Shown: positions 34,884 to 45,402 of the stretch, in pieces | Layout of the letters: each line of letters opens with the position of its first letter | Numbering within the stretch: the first letter of the stretch is position 1 | NCBI RefSeq assembly: GCF_001194135.2 | Contig: NC_068997.1 | Span: forward strand, 54,826,099-54,890,098 | From: Octopus bimaculoides | Taxonomy: Eukaryota | DNA: 64,000 nucleotides | Reading direction: 5' to 3' | Program-made: the position numbers and the translations under genes | The notes under the pieces: generated by a model | The model's database searches: none | Told to the model about the DNA's origin: nothing | The model's input: only the letters and a program-made list of their open reading frames with translations

Positions 34884-37400
34884 AGTATTTATGTATTTAT
34901 ATATGTATGTAGCTATATATATATGCATGTTTATAGAAAAGATACTTTGTCCTCTACCTATTACTCATAAATATTTTAGAATAAAATGCAGCTATAAAAT
35001 TTAGTTTATAAAACCAAAATTAAATACTTTTTACTAAAAAAACCATAATACTTACACTGGAAATATAAAAAGGATTAATCAAATGTTTTTAGTAAAGTTT
35101 ACTGAACTTTATTTTTTTATTAAATTTTGTAAATAATATTGTTTTTAGATGTGCTGTCTGAAGATGTTAGTGTATTTAAAATAGTTGAGGCATAGATCAG
35201 GAGAGGGGAGAAGATGATAAAACAATGCAGATATACATCAGTTTAATATAAATTTATTGGTTTGGCTGAATAAAACTCCTAGGAGAATGGATAAAAGTAG
35301 AAAAAGAAAAATTGTAAGGGACAACAAAAGAAAGGAGAGTAATAATGAATATTAAAATCTACAAGAAAAAACTCACATGGAAATTCTAATAAGAGTACTA
35401 AAATGTACAGAGAATATAAATTTGAAATTTGTTAACAAAAAACAAAATAGGAGGAAAGAATCGAAGAATAGTATTTTGAATGAATCTTTGTTTTTTGAAC
35501 AAAAACGCTAGAATCATCTAAGAGGCAAATGATATGATACTTGTATCTAGTAGTTCCCACAAGTTCGGAATAAAAAAAATTTTTGTCAGCACACAAACCT
35601 TAGTATTAGCAATAAGATGATGACAACATTTACATTAGGAATTCTGTAAATGGTAAATGTATGATAACAAAATTATCTAAAACTTTTTGTACAGAAAAGA
35701 AAAAAAAAACCCCCACTAAAACAGACATCAGACATTTTGAGATTTCTCTATGAAAAGGGAAAAAATTCTGTTTATTGAAAGATATTTAGAAATGAAACAT
35801 GAAATTCTTTTCTTTTTATAGAAGCAGAGGAAGGAAATAAAAAGTTAAATGGATAATAAAAACAAATGCTCTTATGCTGAAGATAAATTATAAACTTCTA
35901 GGAGAAACTAAGTAATTTTAATTAGAGATAAAAGAATAAAATGAGACCCCTCCGGTGGTCAATAGGTACCTTTATTTTTGTTTATACACTTCTGTACTTT
36001 TATTACAATTTCCATCTTCTTGGTTTTCATATATCTTTTAGTTTGTCCAACATGCTAATGAGTCTGTTAGCTCACCACCTTGATAGTTGAAAACACTATC
36101 AACTGGAAATTATTTGATTTAAATTTTTTTTTTTTTAAATTGCGAATATTGCAACAAACTTTTAATGCAAACTTAGTTTTCATTATTTGGTCTCCTTTCC
36201 GTGAAACATGTCTTTGCTACTCAGACAAACCATCTTTAGACAATAGTATTAAGAAATATTATGAAACAGCTGTAACTGGTGTTGGCACAAAATAGTACAT
36301 AACCCTGATGATAATGTGAATGGAAGAGATGGGCTATGATAAGGAACATGTAAAAATACCATTTATCTGAGAAATATCTAAAGGCTAAATCTACACCAGT
36401 TTTGCTTCAAATTTATTTTAATTCTTTCCATTTTCTTTACTGGGAATCACTAACCCCCCCCCCCCTAACATTTCTACTGAAATCAATATGTATTTGAATC
36501 AAGAATTCTCACTTGAGTCCTAAATTATAAAAATGCCACTTAATTCATTTTGTGTAGATTATAGATCACGAAGACCACATAAGTTCCTTCAATGACCTCA
36601 GTGAACTGACAGGTAATGGCTGCTGTTATAATGTTACAGGAACATTATTTAATGCATCAATGAATACAGGAATTAACCAATGTTCTCTCTCATAGTTACA
36701 ACCTCAAATTACCTTAGAGGAAAGCTACAACTATTCCCTTATATGGAATTAATTCCTGAGCTCTATGATAAGTTACATAACAGTACTAATACACTAATTC
36801 AGCAAATTATTCTGGTTATAAATAGTCTAGTAAGAGAAGCAGCATGAATTGAAGCTGAATGAGGGACAGCTTGGGAACCTTTGGTTGTCAGAATCTTGTC
36901 TCCTTTAGAGACATTCTTAAACCAATATGGTCGGAGTAGATTGGAAATAGTTTATCATGTTGTAATAATTTATATGTTCTAGAGTGGGTTATGTAATTTT
37001 AATTCAAGCTTCCTCCTCCTCCTCATCATCATCATCATGGTTGTAATTTACTTGTTAACAAATTTCAGGTAGACAGGGAGATAAGAAAGAGATAGGTAAA
37101 CTATGATGTTATGATAAATATATTGATAACAGAAAAAGTATTTGAAATGAAGAGGAAATGTTTATTTGACCAAAGATAGTTTAGAATTCTATCTCTGATT
37201 AGAATATGAATATCATTGCTAAACACCATCCTGACCACTAAATCAATACTTTTAACAACACCAAGAATACTTGGATGAAAACAATAACGCTTATTATTTG
37301 CAAACATATTGCCAAAAACACTGTGGAAAGTTATAATTGTTTGTTGCTATTTGATACACGTGGAAAGTAATAATTACCATAATCTGCACTGAACTCACAT

Positions 37401-37478
37401 GAAGAATTGTAGCTGTTTGGATACAGCGAAAGAAGAATTGTAGCTGTTTGGATACAGCGAAAGAAGAATTGGAGCTGT
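37401..37478. repeat. 31-bp tandem duplication (2 perfect copies plus a partial third)
   Basis: gaagaattgtagctgtttggatacagcgaaa at 37401-37431 and 37432-37462, then gaagaattggagctgt. Confidence 0.95.
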
Positions 37479-39059
37479 GAGAATATATTAAAAAGAGATC
37501 TAATACAGAACAATGCCAAGATTAGTTTGTTGCTATTTGATTTGGTTTTTAATTTACTGCTTTGTATGAAGAAAAACGATATTCATTTTGGATTTCTTAG
37601 CAATTTTTACACTGTATACTAAAGGTTCCTTATGATAAACAGATCACTTCAGAACATCCTGCTAATGTTTTTACTAAGTCTAATATTTCATTGTAAATTA
37701 AACTTTGTGACATTATTTACTTTTTACTTTTATTCCGATTTGACTTAACACAAATGAGAATAGATTGGTGAGAACGAATTGCTCTTTTTACCAAAAATAT
37801 ATACTCTTGTGGGGATTTATATATCTAAATACAGACCACCTAAACAAAACTCTAAAAATAAAACATAAATATTGCCATATTCCAAATTATGAAGAATCAA
37901 CTAATTTCTCATTGATAAGGATCTCGTTAGTAAAATTCTCTACCATTCATTTTAGCAATTTGTTTCCTTTTGTTTGTAAAGTGTTTGTGTTTCTTTGAGT
38001 AAGCACCTGAATGGTTTCCAATGTCTGTTTAGAATTTCATTTATCCTCAAATGCAGACCACTTAATACAAACATGATAGAGAATCAGTTAAAGTATATCT
38101 GATTTTCAATAAAATCTTTGGTGCCAAGATAATATTTTTAAACTGAATGCAGCAAAAGTGCTGCTGCTCAGCTGTGAATTGACAGCTGTTTAGATTACAC
38201 ACACATTATTAAAGTATACAATAACCAGATATACTAACAATATCAAGCACTTTATTACACATTGTTGTTGTCTTTTGGATTATTCTATCATTACATTATT
38301 GTACATTATATTTAATCTGTTCTGCAACTTTACATTGCTTGTTTACATTTATTTACAAATACAAACACACACACACACATACACACACACCCACACAGAT
38401 GAATGTATACATATAAATATGCATAATGTTTTTTTTAACTCGTTTTGTTGGTAAGTTTAATAATAATAATAATAATAATCATCGTTTAACGTCCGCTTTC
38501 CATGCTAGCATGGGTTGGGCGATTTGACTGAGGACTGGTGAACCAGATGGCTACACCAAGATACAATCTAATTTCTACAGCTGGATGCCCTTCCTAACGC
38601 CAACCACTCCGAGAGTGTAGTGGGTGCTTTTACGTGCCACCGGCACGAAGGCCAGTCAGGCGGTACTGGCAACAGCCATGCTCAAAATGGTGTATTTTAC
38701 GTGCCACCTGCACAGGGCTGGCATGAGTTGGATGGTTTCACTGAAGTCTGGAGAGCCAGCGGCTGCACCAGGCTCCAATCTGATCTGGCAATGTTTCTAC
38801 AGCTAGATGTCCTTCCTAATGTCAACCACTCCGAGAGTGTAGTGGGTGCTTTTTACATGCCATCAGTACAGGAGCCAGTTGAGGTACTGGCATCAGCCAC
38901 GTTCAGATGGTGCTTTTTATGTGCCACCAGCACAGGAGCCACTCAGGCGGCCCTGGCATCAATCACATCGGCCCTAACCAAATCAAATAGCAACAAACTA
39001 ATCTTGGTATTGTTCTGTATTAGATCTCTTTTTAATATATTCTCACAGCTTCAATTCTT
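37464..39059. repeat. 84-bp inverted repeat pair (37464-37547 and 38976-39059)
   Basis: The reverse complement of 37464-37547 equals 38976-39059 except for 2 substitutions. Confidence 0.95.
38478..38975 (-). mobile_element. Young RTE 3'UTR-derived copy with internal duplication and partial subrepeats
   Basis: catcgtttaacgtccgctttccatgctagcatgggttgg...ctggatgcccttcctaacgccaaccactccgagagtgtagtgggtgc. The core occurs twice, CpGs are retained, and it closely matches the reverse complement of 59020-59190. Confidence 0.92.
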
Positions 39060-39454
39060 AATGATGATAATAATAATAATAGTAATGATAATGATGGTAA
39101 TAAAGAAGTGAAGCAAGCAGAACCAGTGTTTGTGTTTCTTATTGGAAAAAAAATGACCCTCCCAATATATATTTGTTTCAAAATGCTATTTCACATCAAG
39201 GATTGTGCAGCACATACAAAAATCACACATACACACACACACACACCCACACACATTTATATATATTGGAGTGTTCAGTAAATATTAATGTATTCACTGT
39301 TATAAATAAAAGTATGATGATTCTTAAATGGTAGAAAGAGATGTCTAGATTTGGTTTATCCTCTTTCTTATATTTTAGTATGTTATCTATGGTGTACAGT
39401 AACGTTTAACCTGTTTGAAAGATAAAAGCTTTAAAAGCCTTTATATTTGTTTAT

Positions 39455-39760
39455 CATTGCTGACTGTATAAAATTTGAAAGGACAGTACCGCTACAGAAG
39501 CAATGAAAGACATTTGTGGAGTATATCCTGATCGATGAATACAGACTGTGGTTTCAGGAATTTTTCAAATGGTGATTTTGATTGCTCTGATAAATTTGGT
39601 TCTGGAAAACAAACCATTTTGGATGATCTTTAGAAATATTTGAATTAAAATCTTCATCAAAGCACAGAAATTGAATGTGTGACATTTGACTGCATGTAAA
39701 CTTGGACAAATGCAAAGAAAAGTTTTCGTTTCCTAGTTAGTTCTTGCTTGAGAACCAAAC
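39455..39760 (+). mobile_element. Decayed mariner transposase N-terminal (HTH DNA-binding) fragment
   Basis: KDSTATEAMKDICGVYPD, RLWFQEF and FSNGDFDCSDKFGSGKQTILDD...NLHQST match the mariner pattern GxxAxEAxxxIxxVYG...WFxxFxxGDFDLxDxxRSGRP...NPxQST across frameshifts. Confidence 0.72.
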
Positions 39761-40261
39761 TTAATGTTCCACATTTAGGAACAGTCTCCGATGAAGTTGC
39801 TACTGCCTTTCTTTCTTCCTACCTCAAATAATTTCTCTTCACAGTTCTTGCAATGAACACCTCACCCATTATCTCCTTTGACTTGTACTGAAACCTTGTG
39901 GAACTTTCCTACTGTAATTTATCTGCAAACATCCATTTTAAATGCAAACTGTTTCAGTAGCTTTCATTCTGAGAAGTCCTTCTAATAAGCCCCTCACCCC
40001 TTCTCCTCCTCCATGTAATAATAAGACAAAAGTTCTCTAAAATACAACCCAGAAATATTAAATATATTTCTAAATTGTGTATGGAATCCCCTTTGATAAT
40101 ATTAAGTCTGTAACTGAGATAAACTTTGAACATAATAGCATCTAACATGTGAAATTACATGACACCTTCCCTCTATTTGTTATTATCGTTAATTACACAA
40201 AGGTTGGTAATTAGAGACAACACCAAATATGGAAATAGTAAACACTTCAAAGTTTTTTCTA

Positions 40262-40712
40262 TTATAGTCGCAAAACCTGAAATTTTGTGGGAGGGGACTA
40301 GTCGATTACATCAACCCCAGCATTTCACTGGTACTTACTTCATCGACCCTAAAAGGATGAAAGACAAAGTCAACCTCGACTGGATTTGAACTCAGAACAT
40401 AAGGATGGATAAAATGCCATTAAGCATTTTGGCTAGTGTGCTAACAATTCTGATAGCTTGTTGCCATGATGATGATGATGATGATGATGATGCCGACGAT
40501 GATTTCGATTTCAAAGTTTATCTCAAGGGCAGTCATTTTGTGGGAGGGGTTAAGTTGATTACATCGACTCCAGTGTTTCACTGGTACTTAATTTATTGAC
40601 CTCGAAAAGATGAATGGCAAAGTGGACCTCAGTGGAATTTGAACTCAGAATGTAGTGGCAGATGAAATACTGCTAAGCATTTCGCCTGGTGTGTTAACGA
40701 TTCTGGAAGCTT
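40262..40712 (-). mobile_element. Two tandem family B SINE copies separated by (GAT)n
   Basis: Both 40262-40455 and 40520-40712 contain gattacatc.acc.cag...actggtactta.ttt.tcgacc...aaa.gatgaa.g.caaagt..acctc...ggatttgaactcagaa (reverse complement of a B-box GAGTTCAAAT). Confidence 0.88.
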
Positions 40713-41584
40713 ACCACCTTAATAATAATAATAATTTTTTACATAGTTTTTTTTTTTAATAATTTCAATGCTTCTACAGTTGCATAATAGGTAGATGTCA
40801 ATGATCAACCAATTATCTCCTGCTTCCATCTTGTATGTTTATTTTGAAAGATGTAAATTAAATGTGAAAATAGAAATATTAAGTAGTAAATTATTAATGT
40901 CATTCAAAATAGAAACACTTACATAAACACAAAAAGGTGTTTTAGAAAGTAACATTAACTCACAGATCCATTATGGTAAACTATAATTCTGTAATGTAAT
41001 ATTTTTGACAACCACATATTTTACTTAAGTCTATTTATTTCTCTGTTAAAGAATAGCAGCTGTATCTTTAATATTTGAAATGAAAAACAAATAACAGACA
41101 TCTATTCTTCATGCAAATAGAGATAAGATATACATAGATTTATGGAATGTATTACTATATAATTTTTTTTATTTATACCAAATATGGAAAGAGTAAACAC
41201 TTCAAAGTTTTTTCTTTTGTTTTCCTAAAGTGTGGTGAATTAGAGACTCTTTTGTCTAAACTTGTAAATTCACAACTCATTAACCACAGCAAGGTAAGAC
41301 TAATAACTAATTAGTGAAGTTTCTAACAATTAAAAAAAACTTTTTTTTAATTTAATTAAGTGTAATTTTTACCAATTAAGTAAATCAGCAAGTTGTCAAT
41401 ATTTTATAAATCTTTTTGATTATTTCTAATTTTGATGTTTAATTTTAATCATTTTATGAAACTTTAACCATTCAGGACAGTTTCTGAGATGCCTCATTAT
41501 TTTTCTCAAAACGATTGATGCCATAACTATTGAAGAATTGAGAAATAGCATGTAACATCTCACCAAAGCTGTCTATCAAAATCC

Positions 41585-41720
41585 TGGAGTGGGTTGGATG
41601 GTTTGACCAGAGCTGGCTAGATACAAGACTGCACCAGGCTTCACTGTCAGTTTTGGCAAGATTTTTGCAGCAGGATGCCCTTCCTAACACCAGCTACCTT
41701 ATACAGCAGACTGAGTGCTT
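41585..41720 (-). mobile_element. Degenerate RTE 3'UTR copy
   Basis: gggttggatggtttgaccagagctgg...gactgcaccaggct...caggatgcccttcctaacacc. Confidence 0.75.
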
Positions 41721-41751
41721 TTTATAATAATAATAATAATCATCATAATAT

Positions 41752-42295
41752 GCCCTGATGCAGTACCAGGCAGTGATTCTCATGGTTTTTGATCTCAAAT
41801 GATTGGAAGTGTTATCATTTACGTTGTATTGTCTTGGTTTATACCAAGATGGGCCACAGCAAATATTCTGCTCAATACCACAGATTTGCTTGTCAGTTGC
41901 TTGACCATAACCAGTTCAGCATCTCCCTTAGTGGCTGATGATATGTGCATCTCTGATCATGAGCAGAAGTAATGGGGTAGCATCATAGCCATATGTTGAG
42001 AGGAATTCTCTGGGATTTTGGATAATTCACTTTGGAAACATGGGTGTTTTGTTCAACATCCTTAAACAACCCTTATTCAGGGACCTTTTGATGGGCTATT
42101 TAACCTGAAGAAAATTCTAATTGGGTCCCACCTGCAAGGTATGTGCAGTTTATCTTGATATGAGATCACTATGTCGCACACACATAGTTGTGATCCATGT
42201 ACATTGTGTACCCTTATCAGATGGGTAGTCATGATGGGTATACTGGGCTTCGTATGTTTTAACCTAGTGTCACTTTGATGGCATTCACTGCTCTC
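41752..42295 (-). repeat. Interspersed repeat family C, long copy
   Basis: tgccctgatgcagtaccaggcagtg...cccttattcagggacctttt...gtcactttgatggcattcactgctctctc. Fragments also occur at 11820-12000, about 29340-29560 and about 25350-25390. Class not determined. Confidence 0.8.
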
Positions 42296-42310
42296 TCAAT
42301 AATAATAATG

Positions 42311-42510
42311 CTTTCTGCTATAGGCACAAGACCTGAAATTTTTGGGGAGGGGGATTAGTCAGTTACATCAACCCCAGTGTTTCACTGGTACTTAATTTAT
42401 CAACCCCAAAAGGAAGAAAGACAAAGTCAACCTAAGTAGAATTTGAACTCAAAACATAAAGACTGGTGAAGCATTTTGTCAGGCATATTAACAATTCTGT
42501 CAGTAAGCCA
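42311..42510 (-). mobile_element. Family B SINE
   Basis: ctttctgctataggcacaagacctgaaatttttggggaggggattagtcagttacatcaaccccag...agaatttgaactcaaaac. Confidence 0.85.
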
Positions 42511-43237
42511 TAATAATAATAATGATGATGATGATGATGAGTTTCCCACGTAACTTAGTTCAGTTTATAGAACCTACGTTTGTAATTAATCATCGACCAC
42601 CGAAACCTGAAGATGCAAAACTTTTCTTGGGAAATTACTGCAGTGGTTTTCCATTTCCTTCCACTGGTTTATTTCCATTTTCTTTTTCTCTTGAGGTTAC
42701 ATTTGTTGCATAAGACCTATTCAATTCTAAATTAGGGAGACTAGATCATGTGACTGATTTGGAGCACATCCACATTTCAGTGAGCTTGTGTGACATATGT
42801 CTAGGAAAGCAGTCTGCTTGTATGCTTTAACCAGAGGACCTTCATTTACTTCAATATATTGTTGCCATAGATATCACAGCAAATATTTTAGATACAGAAT
42901 TCAAGAACAGTGTCTTCTCCCATGAGAAAATCAGTAAATTTGATGTAATATCAGTGCTCAGCTTCATATAATAGTTTTGGAGGCATTCCAGTAAGATAAC
43001 ACCTGGGTAAGTTTACACATTTACGAAGACACTTTGTCTTGCATTGTGCATTACTGGTAACATTAGGATGACCATTGTTTAACTGTTTCCTGTCACCAAA
43101 TGCAAAGGTTTGTAAAGAGTGTAAACAAATTGTAGACATGTGGATGTTGTCATATGAAAACATTTATTTACAAATGTTGCAATATTGATTTTTCTTTTCC
43201 TTCTGGATCTCTATTGATTCATGTTTTAATGTGCTGG

Positions 43238-43280
<43 letters not shown>

Positions 43281-45190
43281 ATGTGTGTGTGTGTGTAAGA
43301 ATACTTCACACTGGTTATTGTAGCATTGTGTGGTGACAGATAGACTTGCTAGTCAGTAATAGTGGTGACTTTGACCTTTTGTTTCATCTGCTGCTGTGTT
43401 GAAGTGGAGATGGTGCTGGTGGTAGATTTAAGCCAAGGGTTAAAGAAAGCAGGGAAGCTTTTTGGTGTGTCTCAGTTGAAAACCAGAGCTTGACTCCTCA
43501 CCTCCTGGCATTGTTTTATATATTTTTGGCCAGCAGAAGGAATTATGACAGTAAAGTCATGAAGGTCAAAGTGACACTTTTGTGAGTGATCAAAAAAGCC
43601 AGGAGATATATAAAAGAAAACAACATCTTTCTTTCTAGTCCAGGAAACACAATTGAAATCAACATAAAATGGTGAAAATGCTGAGACCTACTGAGAATGA
43701 CTCCAAAGTTAAGTAGATCAAATCTGAGCTAAGGATCAATTAGCAGGTTTTCATTATGGGCTACACTTATACACTTTACAGATAAGATCATCCCTTGTTT
43801 TAGAAATATATTTTCAAATATCACCATATATAAGGACATATGTTATACTTAAAGGTTGAAGAATTATATTTAAATATATTTGTCTAAATCATCTGTCTCA
43901 GACTTAATTAAGCTTGTAATGGCACCCTCAGAGCAAGCAATTGCTTTTGGGTCATTAATACAGACACATTATAGTACCAAAATATTTTACACTAGTAATA
44001 AAGTTTATCACCAATTAAGTAACTGAGATAAGCTTTCAGCAGTTGTAGATCCTCACACCTTTCTAGGTCCCGTTTTGAATATAGGCAGAAATGTTTTAAT
44101 TATGGTAAATTTGGCTGTTCTAGTAAAGTTTGTCCATAAAATGGATATTAAGAGTGTGAGCTGTAAGCAATTTAACTTTTGACAGAACAAAACTGGAGAA
44201 GAGTTGACGCTACAACCGTTTTGCATGATGCTAGAGATAAAATCAGTTCCATTTTGTTATGGTTAACTTTTGAATGATAGGTGCACATATTCTAAATCAT
44301 ATATTATGTTTCTGTCTCTCACTAATAACAGTTAATAATGCAAAAATTTCAATGTCAGATACAGCTAAAACTAAAATTTTATTCTACTAGATTTGATTTT
44401 TTGCAAAATGAGGAAGAAATGATTGTCATGAAATTGAAGTAATGGAAATTAAAAATTCCATGTTCATAGAAAAGTGTCAACATAACATCCGTAATTGCTT
44501 GTGTTACAAAGAAAGCTGGTAAATTAATAATATATACTAACTACAGAAGAAAAAAAGATGATGAATTAACAAAGTATGCTAATTACATATGACATTTTAA
44601 TGACAAGATCAGGCTTTTTCTCATCCAATTTCTCAATGTTCACTGATATTCAAAGGAGCAAATATTTTTGTTTTTCATCGGCAGGTTTTGCACAATTATA
44701 CTAGCAGTGGTTTTGGGGTGGGCTTAAAAAATTGCAGCATCATTCCCCAACATTGTGTGGAGTCTATATCGGGTGACACCCACATCTCTGTAGCAATCCC
44801 CCAAAATAAGTGGAAGAATCAAGAAAATGCAGTTACTGCTAGACTGAAAAGAGCTAATCTAACTAAATGCATTGACCATGCAATATCCATAGATTTACAA
44901 GGAATAAGTACTTCAAAGGATAGCATCATAAGTCAAGGTTCAACTGATTGGTGTTTGTAAACTAAAAAAAAAATTAAGAATATTTGCATTGACTAACTAT
45001 TATCACCAGATTATATCAAAATTTTCAGATATAGCTCAGTAATTTTTTATAAGAAAAAAAATGGTGGGGGGGGGGAATATCTTTAGTTGGGGAATGTATT
45101 AAGAATAAGTCTTTAAATAGACGTTTTGCTCAATGTTTTGAGAAGATTTTCTACTGTTGATGCTTCTGAATTTTCTGTGGAAGAAAGATT

Positions 45191-45402
45191 CTTTTCTACT
45201 CTAGGCACAAAGCCCAACATTTTTGGGGAGGGGACCAGTCGATTAAATTAACCCCAGTACGCAACTGGTACTTAATTTATCGACCCCGAAAGGATGAAAG
45301 GCAAAGATGATCTCAATGTAATTTGAACTCAATGTAAAGACAGATGAAATACCGCTCAGCATTTTGTCTGGTGTTCTAACGTTTCTGCCAGTTCGCAGCC
45401 TT
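45191..45402 (-). mobile_element. Family B SINE, best-preserved copy (another degenerate copy at about 47410-47617)
   Basis: ...ccccagtacgcaactggtacttaatttatcgaccccgaaaggatgaaaggcaaag...tttgaactc...gaaataccgctcagcatttt...ctaacgtttctgccagttcgcagcctt. The minus-strand head is tRNA-like. Confidence 0.88.

Noticed and set aside
42560-43120. Minus-strand fragments (YPGVIL, LNSVSKIFAVISM, GFGGR*LI) hinting at an R4/Dong-like LINE
   Set aside because: The matches are too loose and inconsistently spaced to call by eye; it needs a profile search.
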